Assembly: GCA_017559955.1 (NCBI GenBank)
Contig: JAFYPQ010000012.1
Span: 10,443 to 74,442 of the forward strand
Length of the DNA: 64,000 bases
Direction: 5' to 3'
Source of the DNA: Bacteroidales bacterium
GTDB taxonomy: Bacteria; Bacteroidota; Bacteroidia; Bacteroidales; G3-4614
Shown: positions 43,985 to 53,623 of the stretch, in pieces
Position numbering within the stretch: position 1 is the stretch's first letter
How the letters are laid out: the number at the start of each line of letters is the position of its first letter
The notes under the pieces: generated by a model
What the model was told of the DNA's origin: nothing
Databases searched by the model: none
The model's input: only the letters and a program-made list of their open reading frames with translations
Program-made: the position numbers and the translations under genes

Positions 43985-44010
43985 AAAAAAGGTCGCTGAT
44001 TAGCGACCTT
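43985..44010 (-). terminator. Intrinsic terminator of tRNA-Gln
   Basis: aaggtcgct-gatt-agcgacctt 9-bp stem. On the minus strand it is followed by T6. Confidence 0.8.
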
Positions 44011-44014
44011 TCAG

Positions 44015-44085
44015 TTGTCTTACCAGGACTCGAACCTAGACAGGCAGAACCAAAAACTGCAGTGCTACCATTACACCATAAGACA
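44015..44085 (-). tRNA. tRNA-Gln (anticodon TTG)
   Basis: The reverse complement reads TGTCTTA-TG-GTGTAATGGTAGCAC..., with anticodon loop TTTTGGT, T-arm CTAGG-TTCGAGT-CCTGG and a U1-A72 acceptor. Positions 31 and 39 form a T-T mismatch. Confidence 0.85.
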
Positions 44086-44127
44086 ATCCTTATTTGTTCG
44101 CAGGACTTTAACCTTGCGTAACGGGTG

Positions 44128-44135
44128 CAAAGATA
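44128..44135 (-). promoter_or_regulatory. -7 promoter box (TATCTTTG on minus strand) for tRNA-Gln
   Basis: Exact TAnnTTTG match 43 nt upstream of the tRNA 5' end. Confidence 0.6.
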
Positions 44136-44196
44136 CTACTTTTTTTAAATAGTGCAAGCGTTTTTTAGAAAAAATTTCAAGAAATATTGAAATTTC

Positions 44197-45495
44197 TTAT
44201 TTTGCAATAATTAGAAAGTAGTTCTTTTTACCTCTTTGGGCTAATATATATTTGCCATTTAATAGAGAACTTTCATCTATCACTGCATCAAATGCGGTTA
44301 GTTTTTCTTTGTTTATCATTACTCCTCCGCCTTGTACAGTTTTACGCATTTCGCCTTTTGAGGGGAATACGCTTGTTTTTTCAGCCAACAAATCAACTGC
44401 TTTTACTCCCTCTTTAAGCTCTTCTTTGCTTATCTCAAATTGGGGTACTCCTTCGAATACGCTTAATAGTGTATCTTCATCTATTTTTTTGAGGGCCTCT
44501 GATGTTGCTCCTCCAAACAATATTTGCGATGCCTCAACAGCTGCTTCGTATGCCTCACGTGAGTGTACCATTACTGTTACCTCTTCTGCCAATTTCTTTT
44601 GTAATGGACGTAGGTGTGGTGCTGCGTTTTGCTCTGCCACCAATGCATCAATCTCCTCCTTTGTTAGAGATGTGAATATCTTTATATATTTTTCTGCATC
44701 AGCATCACCTACATTCAACCAGAATTGGTAGAACTTATAAGGAGAAGTGTAGCGAGGATCTAACCATACATTACCCGACTCGGTTTTTCCGAATTTTCCT
44801 CCATCTGCTTTTGTTATCAAAGGACAGGTCAAGGCAAATGCCTCATCACCATTCATACGACGTATCAACTCGGTTCCTGTTGTAATGTTACCCCATTGGT
44901 CCGAACCGCCCATTTGAAGTTTACAACCTTTTGTTTTATTTAGGTAAGTAAAGTCGTATCCTTGTACCAATTGGTATGAGAATTCGGTAAATGATAATCC
45001 CGATGTACCCTCTCCTGCCAAACGACGCTTAACAGAGTCTTTGGCCATCATATAATTCACTGTTATATGTTTTCCTACTACACGTATAAAATCAAGAAAT
45101 GAAAACTCTTTCATCCAATCATAGTTGTTAACCAACTCGGCACTGTTGGGTGCATCTGAATCGAAATCCAAGAATTTTGATAGTTGTTTTTTGATTGCCT
45201 CTTGATTATGGCGTAGTGTTGCTTCGTCTAACAGATTACGTTCTTGCGATTTCATTGAAGGATCGCCTATCATTCCTGTTGCCCCTCCAATAAGTGCAAG
45301 GGGTTTGTGTCCTGCTCTTTGAAAGTGGCGAAGCATCATAACTCCTACCAAGTGTCCTATATGAAGAGAGTCGGCTGTTGGGTCAATTCCTACATACGCA
45401 ACAGTCATCTCTTTTTGTAATTGCTCTTCTGTTCCGGGCATAATATCGTGTATCATACCTCTCCAGCGTAGTTCTTCTACAAAATTGAAGTTCAT
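44197..45495 (-). CDS. tyrS: Tyrosine--tRNA ligase
   Basis: HIGH motif (SLHIGHL), KMSKS-type motif (KFGKT) and a C-terminal S4-like domain. Confidence 0.95.
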   Translation of the reverse strand: MNFNFVEELRWRGMIHDIMPGTEEQLQKEMTVAYVGIDPTADSLHIGHLVGVMMLRHFQRAGHKPLALIGGATGMIGDPSMKSQERNLLDEATLRHNQEAIKKQLSKFLDFDSDAPNSAELVNNYDWMKEFSFLDFIRVVGKHITVNYMMAKDSVKRRLAGEGTSGLSFTEFSYQLVQGYDFTYLNKTKGCKLQMGGSDQWGNITTGTELIRRMNGDEAFALTCPLITKADGGKFGKTESGNVWLDPRYTSPYKFYQFWLNVGDADAEKYIKIFTSLTKEEIDALVAEQNAAPHLRPLQKKLAEEVTVMVHSREAYEAAVEASQILFGGATSEALKKIDEDTLLSVFEGVPQFEISKEELKEGVKAVDLLAEKTSVFPSKGEMRKTVQGGGVMINKEKLTAFDAVIDESSLLNGKYILAQRGKKNYFLIIAK

Positions 45496-45559
45496 CTTTA
45501 TTGTATTTTATTGTTAATGCTTATTTTTCAAGTTGCGAAGTTACATATTTTTCTCCTAA

Positions 45560-46228
45560 CTATAAAGGTCCTATATGATTTATTAATGTTATGTTTTCTT
45601 TAAATATGCTTTTGTATGTTTTTTCTATCGCTTTTTGCAAATCTTCAACCGATATGTTCCGTTCATTTGCTATCTTTTCGTATATCGTCTCTATGGGAAG
45701 AGGACTTTCGTCGCTTTCAATTAACATCTTTTCTATTGGTATGTTTTTTACGGCTTCGGTATTGAATTTTTCCCCTATCGACAACACCATTCCCGCCTTT
45801 ATAAGCATCGAGGCAACTTCAGGTTTTCCTCTAAAACCATGTATTATCCACGGTTGAGAAGGCAGGATACTCTTTTTTAATTCCAATATCTCGTTATAAC
45901 TCCTTACACAATGTATTATTAACGGCTTCCGAAACTCTTCCGATATACTTATCTGTGCCTTAAGCAACTCCACTTGAATATCTATTGGGGTGTTGCACAA
46001 TTTATCAATTCCACACTCTCCCACCGCCACAATATTGTTCTGCTTTGCCAATGTTCTAAGAAATTCTATTGCTTGTTTAGTATTATCAGGCACATACCAA
46101 GGGTGTATCCCAACAGAATATATGTTTGACTGTTGTGTAGTAACAAATTTTTGAGGTTGCAGATTATATATGCTCAAATGGTTTTTGCCCGAGCTTATAA
46201 ATGTATGCGTATGTATATCGATATACAT
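45560..46228 (-). CDS. TatD family hydrolase
   Basis: N-terminal IDIHTHT metal-binding motif and a later GECGID motif; 222 aa. Confidence 0.85.
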   Translation of the reverse strand: MYIDIHTHTFISSGKNHLSIYNLQPQKFVTTQQSNIYSVGIHPWYVPDNTKQAIEFLRTLAKQNNIVAVGECGIDKLCNTPIDIQVELLKAQISISEEFRKPLIIHCVRSYNEILELKKSILPSQPWIIHGFRGKPEVASMLIKAGMVLSIGEKFNTEAVKNIPIEKMLIESDESPLPIETIYEKIANERNISVEDLQKAIEKTYKSIFKENITLINHIGPL

Positions 46229-46240
46229 CTTTTAATCTCT

Positions 46241-46459
46241 TTATGGAACAGGATCATATCCGCTACCTCCCCAAGGGTGGCATCGTAATATTCGTTTTAT
46301 TGCCAACCATAAGCCTTTAAAAGGTCCATGCTTTTTTATTGCCTCAATTGCATATTGCGAGCAAGTAGGAGTATATCTGCACGTCGCCGGAAACATTGGA
46401 GAGATGCAGTATTTGTAAAAATATATTGGTAATAATAGTATGAAACTTATTATTCGCAA
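46241..46459 (-). CDS. yidD: Membrane protein insertion efficiency factor YidD
   Basis: [19 protein letters not shown] signature. It sits directly downstream of rnpA. The start codon appears to be TTG. Confidence 0.9.
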   Translation of the reverse strand: MRIISFILLLPIYFYKYCISPMFPATCRYTPTCSQYAIEAIKKHGPFKGLWLAIKRILRCHPWGGSGYDPVP

Positions 46460-46471
46460 GGTATTAGACTT

Positions 46472-46867
46472 TTATTCGGTTATTTGCTCTTCTGCGATTT
46501 TTGTAGCTATTTTGCTTAGTGCATCACACATTTTTTTTTGAAGATATGCAAAATCCTCTTTTTTATCTCCTATATATAAAAACGCTATATCTAATGCTTT
46601 GTTGCCTATTTGCTGACTTAACAATGCCTTATTAAGTCTATAAGCTTCACGGGTACGACGACGAAGCAAATTACGATCAACGGCGTGTTTGAATTTTCTT
46701 TTTGGTATCGATACCATTATTACATTTTCGCCCACGTTATTTGGGACAAACAACACTCTATAGGGATATGACAATACCCCTTTTGAATTTGCAAAGAGGT
46801 TGTCTATTCTCGTTTTGCCTCGCAACCTCTCAGATTGTGGTAATGAATATTTTTTTTCGTTTTTCAT
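46472..46867 (-). CDS. rnpA: Ribonuclease P protein component
   Basis: Basic 131 aa protein with an RLR...F motif region, in the conserved rnpA-yidD arrangement. Confidence 0.85.
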   Translation of the reverse strand: MKNEKKYSLPQSERLRGKTRIDNLFANSKGVLSYPYRVLFVPNNVGENVIMVSIPKRKFKHAVDRNLLRRRTREAYRLNKALLSQQIGNKALDIAFLYIGDKKEDFAYLQKKMCDALSKIATKIAEEQITE

Positions 46868-47030
46868 TTGCCGGCAAAGATACGAATAAAAGAGCGAGAA
46901 ATAAGAAGCTTATTCCATTATTTTTCACAGCGAAAGAAAGTATCCTCGAGATTTTTCTCAAAGATACAGAATAAGTGGGCAAAATAATTTCAAGCTTGCT
47001 TCTATATTTTACCCTTATTTGCACAAAGAA

Positions 47031-47063
47031 AAGAGGAGCTTCAAAAATTTTGAAACTCCTCTT
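47031..47063 (-). terminator. Terminator-like hairpin downstream of hemD
   Basis: aagaggagcttca / tgaaactcctctt stem with one mismatch, 25 nt after the hemD stop. Confidence 0.5.
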
Positions 47064-47088
47064 TCATTATTAAATTCAGTCTGCTTTG

Positions 47089-47850
47089 TTATTTCTTTTT
47101 AGCAGCTTTCACTTGTTCTTTTAAGAAGTTCTCTATCGCCACGGTTATTGACGGGAATTGTGGCGTTGGTGCAGCAACATCTAATCGCAAACCTGCATCG
47201 GTTACTGCTTTTGCTGTTGTTGCTCCAAGTGTTCCAATCTTAATGTCGCCTTGCTCAAAATTAGGGAAATTTTTCAATAAAGAGTTTATTCCGGCAGGGC
47301 TGAAGAACACCAACATATCATAATTAAACTCCTCCTCAGGAGAAAAATCATTGCTTACAGTACGATACATTACTGCTTTTTGGTATTTAATTCCTAACTT
47401 ATCTAATAGAGGAAACTCTCCGTTGCTTACATCTGATATAGGCAATAAGAAGTTCTCGGTTTTGTTACGTGTTAGGTGCGATTGCAACCCGTCAAGTTTT
47501 CCGGTTTCACTGAAGTTGACTTTGCGTTTACGATACTGTATATATTTTTGCAAATAGTTTGCTATTTGCTCAGATGTACAGAAATATTTCATTGTATCGG
47601 GTATGGTTACTCTCAACTCTGAACATAGTCTGAAAAAGTGATCTATCGCAGTACGAGCCGTAAATATTATTGCAGTATATTCGTCAATATATACTTTTTG
47701 TTGACGAAACTCTTTTGCATTTACTCCCTCTACTTTAATGAACGGACGAAAAACAACATCAACTCCATACTTTTCAGCAATAGTGAAATATGGCGATTTT
47801 TCGTTGTCAGGACGTGGTTGTGATACAAGAATTCTCTTAATTTTTGACAC
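47089..47850 (-). CDS. hemD: Uroporphyrinogen-III synthase
   Basis: 253 aa HemD-like two-lobe protein. It is adjacent to a DUF4271 membrane protein, as commonly seen in Bacteroidota. The assignment rests on recalled family resemblance. Confidence 0.7.
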   Translation of the reverse strand: MSKIKRILVSQPRPDNEKSPYFTIAEKYGVDVVFRPFIKVEGVNAKEFRQQKVYIDEYTAIIFTARTAIDHFFRLCSELRVTIPDTMKYFCTSEQIANYLQKYIQYRKRKVNFSETGKLDGLQSHLTRNKTENFLLPISDVSNGEFPLLDKLGIKYQKAVMYRTVSNDFSPEEEFNYDMLVFFSPAGINSLLKNFPNFEQGDIKIGTLGATTAKAVTDAGLRLDVAAPTPQFPSITVAIENFLKEQVKAAKKK

Positions 47851-47919
47851 GATACAGCTTTTTTTATAGTATTTGTATAAGGTTTTTTATTGCTTGCCGA
47901 AATTATATTTAGCTAAACA

Positions 47920-48693
47920 TCAGCTATTTAATGCCCACTTATATAAAAGTGCCAAGGGTAAAATTTCGACGGTGCAAAGGTACAAAATAATATAACAAGT
48001 TGTACTAATGTTTTGTTTAAAAATTTTAATATTTCTTATAATAAATGTTAATCTGATCAAGAAGATTAACATTAAAGCTATATATATTAATATTTTACCA
48101 CTTTCAACACTTAATATATATGATGTTATTGTAGGGGTTAATATTATTGCAGGCAAGGTATAAAATAGTATATTCTCTTTTAAAAATTGTTTTATCTCAG
48201 CTTTGTCAAAAAAGAGTTTCCCTATTATAAATAGTATGGTCTGCTGTAATAACACAAATAGTGCTAAGCCCCCTCCTATTATTAATATATGATTGAAGGT
48301 AAGTATTGGCTGTGTTGTTACTTGTGAGGTTAGAAATATTATTGATATGGCAAAAGATATTATGGTTATCGCACACAGCGACAGAGTTGTTATAAGGTCT
48401 ATTATTGTATGGCGGACCTCCTCTTTACTCTCCTCTTTGTTACTGAGAATTGTTCTTAACGATATTTTTTTTCGACTTATGGCTACAAATATCACAAAGA
48501 ATGAAAATATCAGAAATATTAAAAGGACTCCGTTATTGCCATTACTTTGTTGTCGAGGAACGCCTACAAATCCCTCCTCTATTACTACGACAGAGGAATC
48601 TTGCAGAGTTTCGATAGTCATACCTCCCTCTGTTGTGTCAGAGAGATTGATTATATTGCTTTCTAAGGTATCTGCTGTTTGTGTAACCATCAA
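47920..48693 (-). CDS. DUF4271 domain-containing membrane protein
   Basis: Polytopic membrane protein upstream of hemD, a conserved Bacteroidota gene pair as I recall it. Confidence 0.6.
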   Translation of the reverse strand: MMVTQTADTLESNIINLSDTTEGGMTIETLQDSSVVVIEEGFVGVPRQQSNGNNGVLLIFLIFSFFVIFVAISRKKISLRTILSNKEESKEEVRHTIIDLITTLSLCAITIISFAISIIFLTSQVTTQPILTFNHILIIGGGLALFVLLQQTILFIIGKLFFDKAEIKQFLKENILFYTLPAIILTPTITSYILSVESGKILIYIALMLIFLIRLTFIIRNIKIFKQNISTTCYIILYLCTVEILPLALLYKWALNS

Positions 48694-48697
48694 GTGT

Positions 48698-49285
48698 CTA
48701 TATTGCTGCTATTTTTCGTGCATCCTCTCTCCACACCATCTCCTCTGAAAGTAATTTTATCGCCTCCCGAGGGGTTGTGGCAACTTGCCATATTGCTCTA
48801 TGCTCCTCTCGCATAAAGTTCTCTTCAACTGCTCGTTCAAGCATCTCAATTAGTGGAGAATAGTAGTTGTTTATATTCAAAATTATTATGGTTCCGCCAA
48901 ACAATCCCAACTGCTTCCAAGTTATTATCTCCATTAACTCCTCAAGAGTTCCACACCCTCCCGGCATAGCTATTGTTGCATCCGAAAGCTGTGCCATAAT
49001 CTCCTTACGAGAGTGCATCGAAGGAGTTATCTCCATTTGGGTTAACTCATCGTTTCCCCACCCCTCTTCTACCATAAATTCGGGAATAACTCCTATTATC
49101 TCCCCGTTGTGGTCCATTACGCCTCGCGCTAATGCTCCCATAAGACCGGTTTTGCCTGCTCCGAATACGCAACGGATACCATTTTCGACAAACATCTTGC
49201 CGAGTGAATATGCCGCATCGATATATACCTTGTCAACCTTCGAACTCGATGCACAATATACGCATACTGTTTTTTTAGGAGCCAT
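48698..49285 (-). CDS. LOG family protein (TIGR00730 Rossmann-fold nucleotide-binding protein)
   Basis: GAGKTGLMG and PGGCGTLEEL motifs. Confidence 0.9.
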   Translation of the reverse strand: MAPKKTVCVYCASSSKVDKVYIDAAYSLGKMFVENGIRCVFGAGKTGLMGALARGVMDHNGEIIGVIPEFMVEEGWGNDELTQMEITPSMHSRKEIMAQLSDATIAMPGGCGTLEELMEIITWKQLGLFGGTIIILNINNYYSPLIEMLERAVEENFMREEHRAIWQVATTPREAIKLLSEEMVWREDARKIAAI

Positions 49286-49304
49286 CTACTACAAGAGATT
49301 TCTT

Positions 49305-50408
49305 TTATACGTTAAAGCGGAAGTGCATTATATCGCCGTCTTGAACTATATACTCTTTTCCTTCAATGCTTATTTTACCTGCTTCACGACATGCTGCCTC
49401 AGAGCCATATTTTATGAAGTCGTCGTATTTTATCACTTCGGCACGAATAAATCCCTTCTCAAAGTCGGTATGAATAACTCCTGCACATTGTGGTGCTTTA
49501 CTTCCTTTATGATAGGTCCATGCTCTTACTTCGAGTTCTCCTGCTGTAATATATGTTTCAAGATCTAAGAGTCGATATGCCGATTGTATCAAACGTGCCA
49601 TTCCCGACTCTTTCAAACCTATCTCCTCAAGGAACATTTGACGCTCTTCGTATGTTTCAAACTCAGCAATCTCCGACTCAATTTTCGCAGACACTATCAA
49701 CAGCTCAGCATTTTCATCTTTTATTGCCTCTCTTACGGCATCAACATATTTATTCCCGTTTGCCGCCGAAGCCTCATCAACATTACATACATAAAGTACA
49801 GGTTTTGATGTTAAAAGGAACAACTCACGAGCTACCTTTTGTTCATCTTTTGTATCAAACTCTACGCTACGGGCAGGTTTGCCTTGCTCCAATGCAGCTT
49901 TGTATGCCAATAGTACATCACAAACAAGTTTTGCATTTTTATCTCCTCCTGTTTGTGCTTGCTTTTGCACCTTTTGCAATCGGGTTTCCACAGTCTCCAA
50001 ATCTCGAATTTGTAACTCATAATCGATTATCTCCTTATCACGAACCGGATTAATCGACCCATCTACGTGTGTGATGTTTTCATCATCGAAACAACGTAAT
50101 ACGTGTAATATGGCATCTGTCTCACGGATGTTTGCAAGGAACTTATTTCCTAATCCCTCTCCTTTACTTGCACCTTTCACAAGTCCCGCAATATCGACTA
50201 TCTCAACTGTTGTGGGTACTATACGTTGAGGTTTTACTATTTCAGCCAATTTATTTAATCGCTCGTCGGGAACTGTTATTACCCCCACATTAGGTTCAAT
50301 TGTACAAAAAGGGAAGTTTGCCGCTTGTGCTTTTGCGTTTGAAAGACAATTAAAGAGGGTCGATTTTCCTACGTTGGGCAATCCAACTATTCCGCATTGT
50401 AATGCCAT
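49305..50408 (-). CDS. ychF: Redox-regulated ATPase YchF
   Basis: GLPNVGKSTLFN P-loop and a C-terminal TGS-like domain; 367 aa. Confidence 0.95.
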   Translation of the reverse strand: MALQCGIVGLPNVGKSTLFNCLSNAKAQAANFPFCTIEPNVGVITVPDERLNKLAEIVKPQRIVPTTVEIVDIAGLVKGASKGEGLGNKFLANIRETDAILHVLRCFDDENITHVDGSINPVRDKEIIDYELQIRDLETVETRLQKVQKQAQTGGDKNAKLVCDVLLAYKAALEQGKPARSVEFDTKDEQKVARELFLLTSKPVLYVCNVDEASAANGNKYVDAVREAIKDENAELLIVSAKIESEIAEFETYEERQMFLEEIGLKESGMARLIQSAYRLLDLETYITAGELEVRAWTYHKGSKAPQCAGVIHTDFEKGFIRAEVIKYDDFIKYGSEAACREAGKISIEGKEYIVQDGDIMHFRFNV

Positions 50409-50495
50409 AATTTTATTCTGTTTTTAATTTTATTTACTGGTTTTTGAATTACGAATAGTACTTATATTAATAAAGTATCTTCGCAAAAGATTTTG

Positions 50496-50503
50496 CAAAG
50501 ATA
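50496..50503 (-). promoter_or_regulatory. -7 promoter box (TATCTTTG on minus strand) for ychF
   Basis: Exact TAnnTTTG match 88 nt upstream of the ATG at 50408. Confidence 0.4.
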
Positions 50504-50541
50504 CTTATTTTTAATGAATTTTCGGTACTTCTTTTTCCCCC

Positions 50542-51822
50542 TTATGGTTTTGTTATCATCTCCATTCCTCCCATATATGGAACCAAGGCTTTTGGTATGC
50601 GTATTCCTTCGGGAGTTTGGTTATTCTCTAACAATGCAGCCACAATACGAGGCAAAGCCAATGCACTTCCGTTTAGCGTATGAACCAATTGTGTCTTTTT
50701 GTCTCCTCCACGATAACGGCATTTCAATCGGTTTGATTGGTAACTCTCAAAGTTTGATACAGACGATACCTCCAACCAGCGTTTTTGTGCTGCCGAATAT
50801 ACTTCAAAGTCGTATGTCAAAGCAGAAGTGAAACTCATATCGCCACCGCACAAACGTAAAATGTGCCAAGGCAACTCCAATTTATCTACAAGCGTTTGTA
50901 CATATGCAACCATTTCGTCAAGAGCAGCGTATGAATTCTCGGGTTTTTCTATACGTACTATCTCCACTTTGTCAAATTGATGCAAGCGATTTAATCCTCG
51001 AACATCTTTTCCGTACGAGCCTGCCTCACGACGGAAACACGCTGAATATGCAGTATTTTTACAAGGAAGATCTTTCTCCTCAAGAATTACATCACGATAG
51101 ATATTTGTTACAGGAACTTCGGCTGTTGGGATTAGATACAGATCGTCCTCGTTACAATGATACATTTGTCCCTCTTTATCGGGCAATTGACCTGTTCCGT
51201 AACCCGATGCCGCATTTACTACGTATGGAGGTTGAACCTCTAAATATCCTGCCTCACGTGCGTTATCAAGGAAGAAGTTTATTAATGCTCTTTGTAATCT
51301 TGCTCCATTGCCTTTATATACAGGAAATCCTGCTCCTGAGATTTTTACTCCCAATTCAAAATCTATCAAATCGTATATTTTTGCCAACTCCCAATGAGGA
51401 AGTGCATCGTCCGACAAATTAGGCATATTACCACCCTCTTTTACCACAAGGTTATCCTCGGCAGTTTTCCCGTCCGGAACAAGGTCGCAGGGGGTATTAG
51501 GGATTGTTAAAAGTATTTCAGTTATCGCCTTTTCGGCATTTGTCATTGCTTCGTCTAATTTCGCTGTCTTCTCTTTTAACGAAGCAACCTCTTGTTTTGC
51601 CTCCTCTGCTTTCTGTTTCTCACCGTTTTTCATCAACATTCCTATTTGTGAAGATAGGGTTTTTATTTGTGATAATGCGGAGTCTAATTCGGCTTGTGTT
51701 GCTCGACGTACTTTGTCTGTCTCTATAACTTTTTCTATTAGCTCTTTTGCATCAAAGTGTTTGCGAGCCAATCGGCGTATTATTTCGTCGGGATTCTCTT
51801 TTATTGCTGCAAGTGTTAACAT
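50542..51822 (-). CDS. serS: Serine--tRNA ligase
   Basis: N-terminal coiled-coil arm and a class II core (FRREAGS, GSALA regions); 426 aa. Confidence 0.95.
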   Translation of the reverse strand: MLTLAAIKENPDEIIRRLARKHFDAKELIEKVIETDKVRRATQAELDSALSQIKTLSSQIGMLMKNGEKQKAEEAKQEVASLKEKTAKLDEAMTNAEKAITEILLTIPNTPCDLVPDGKTAEDNLVVKEGGNMPNLSDDALPHWELAKIYDLIDFELGVKISGAGFPVYKGNGARLQRALINFFLDNAREAGYLEVQPPYVVNAASGYGTGQLPDKEGQMYHCNEDDLYLIPTAEVPVTNIYRDVILEEKDLPCKNTAYSACFRREAGSYGKDVRGLNRLHQFDKVEIVRIEKPENSYAALDEMVAYVQTLVDKLELPWHILRLCGGDMSFTSALTYDFEVYSAAQKRWLEVSSVSNFESYQSNRLKCRYRGGDKKTQLVHTLNGSALALPRIVAALLENNQTPEGIRIPKALVPYMGGMEMITKP

Positions 51823-51835
51823 TTTGCTATCCTCT

Positions 51836-52288
51836 TTATTTTGATAATAATTCTTTTACTTTTGCTGATATTGCTTTACCTTCGGCACGTCCTGCCAACT
51901 CTTTTGTTGCAACACCCATTACCATTCCCATCTGTTGTGGCGATGTTGCACCAACTCTTTCAATAATGGCTTTCAACGCCTCTTCAAGTTCTTCAACCGT
52001 TAGCTGTTGAGGAAGAAACTCTTCTATTATTTTTGCCTCGGCAAGATTTAAGTCTGCTATATCTTGACGATTATTCGCTGCAAAGATTTCGGCTCCTTCT
52101 TTACGTTGTTTTACCATTTTTACAAGAATTTTCATGGCGGTATCGTCATTCAATTCTCCTTCGGCTCCTTTTGCTGTTTTCGCTTCGATAAACTCTTTTT
52201 TTATTGCTCGCAAAGTATCAAGACGTACTTGATTTTTTGCTTTCATAGCCTCTTTTATGCCATCGCTTATTTTATCAAATATATTCAT
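51836..52288 (-). CDS. GatB/YqeY domain-containing protein
   Basis: 150 aa. MKAKNQVRLDTLRAIK and LPQQLTVEELE are typical of YqeY. Confidence 0.88.
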   Translation of the reverse strand: MNIFDKISDGIKEAMKAKNQVRLDTLRAIKKEFIEAKTAKGAEGELNDDTAMKILVKMVKQRKEGAEIFAANNRQDIADLNLAEAKIIEEFLPQQLTVEELEEALKAIIERVGATSPQQMGMVMGVATKELAGRAEGKAISAKVKELLSK

Positions 52289-52295
52289 CTCCTTA

Positions 52296-53600
52296 TTAAA
52301 AGATTATTGGGTTTACATTGTTGTTTGGTTGAGTCTCTCCATTTTCCGCATTAGGCAATTCGGTCTCTCTAATTTGTTGTTTAAAGTTTGATGGACGAGA
52401 GTAAGCCGGTGTATTTGCAACTTTCTCGATAAATGCATCATCATCCATCTCTTCAAGAGAGAAGAGAATGTATGAACCTCTTACGTTCTCCATAAACACA
52501 CGGTCCTCGGCAGATGTTCCATAAACCTCAGATATGATATCACTTTCGGGTCGAACCACCACAGTTGGTTGTGCCACTTGTGTTGTTGAGGTTGTAGGAA
52601 TTGTTGAGTCAACATTAAATCCTGTTGCCAAAAGTGTTACTTTAACCTTATCTCCTAATGTATCGTCAATTGTATATCCCCATATAACATCTACATCGTT
52701 TCCAAAACGCTCCATAAATGTATTTATCTCTGCCGATTCTGCCATTGACACAACATTGTCACCTTTCGACGATAGATATATGTTAAATAACACTCTCTTT
52801 GCATTGTTCACATCGCCCTCTTTTAGTAGCGGCGATTGAAGTGCGTTTTCAAATGCATTTAATATACGTCTCTCTCCTTCTCCCTCTCCTGTACTCATTA
52901 TTGCTACTCCTCCATCACGAAGGGTATTATATACATCTGCAAAGTCGAGGTTGATTTTTCCTTCAACGGTTATTAACTCTGCCACACTTTTTGCCGCATT
53001 TGTCAATGTATCATCAGCTTTGGCAAAAGCATTTACAAAGTTAAGGTCGGGATATATCTCACGAAGACGCTCATTGTTGATAATTAACAACGCATCTACA
53101 TTCTTACGCATCTCTTCAACACCCTTCCAAGCTTGAACAATTTTATTGCGTCGCTCAAACAAGAATGGAATTGTTACAATTCCTATTGTTAAAATTTCTC
53201 TTTCACGTGCTACCCTTGCAACTACAGGGGCTGCTCCGGTTCCGGTTCCACCTCCCATTCCTGCGGTAATAAATACCATTCGAGTATTGTTGTCAAAGAG
53301 TGTCTCTATTTGTGATATATTCTCTTCGGCAATACGTTTTCCCTCTTCAGGATTTCCTCCTGCTCCAAGTCCTTTACCTATCTGAACTTTTGTGGGTATT
53401 TCGGAATTTTGCATTGCTTGACGGTCGGTATTACAAAGTACAAAATCAACATCTTTTATGCCGGTTTTGTACATATGGGTTACCGCATTTCCGCCTCCAC
53501 CGCCAACACCTATAACCTTTATTATAGGGGTTAAGGTATTATTAGAACCGATAAACGGATCGGTAATTGCCGAGTCTGAGAAGAGTCTGTTTTCTTCCAT
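52296..53600 (-). CDS. ftsZ: Cell division protein FtsZ
   Basis: Tubulin signature GGGTGTGAAPV and an N-terminal GVGGGGGNAV motif. Confidence 0.97.
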   Translation of the reverse strand: MEENRLFSDSAITDPFIGSNNTLTPIIKVIGVGGGGGNAVTHMYKTGIKDVDFVLCNTDRQAMQNSEIPTKVQIGKGLGAGGNPEEGKRIAEENISQIETLFDNNTRMVFITAGMGGGTGTGAAPVVARVAREREILTIGIVTIPFLFERRNKIVQAWKGVEEMRKNVDALLIINNERLREIYPDLNFVNAFAKADDTLTNAAKSVAELITVEGKINLDFADVYNTLRDGGVAIMSTGEGEGERRILNAFENALQSPLLKEGDVNNAKRVLFNIYLSSKGDNVVSMAESAEINTFMERFGNDVDVIWGYTIDDTLGDKVKVTLLATGFNVDSTIPTTSTTQVAQPTVVVRPESDIISEVYGTSAEDRVFMENVRGSYILFSLEEMDDDAFIEKVANTPAYSRPSNFKQQIRETELPNAENGETQPNNNVNPIIF

Positions 53601-53623
53601 ATATGTATTATCTTTTTTAATTT

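Noticed and set aside
46868-47088. Searched for rpmH (ribosomal protein L34), which often lies upstream of rnpA.
   Set aside because: Translation of the minus strand in all three frames gives no basic L34-like peptide. The interval contains only the hemD terminator-like hairpin and a presumed rnpA promoter.
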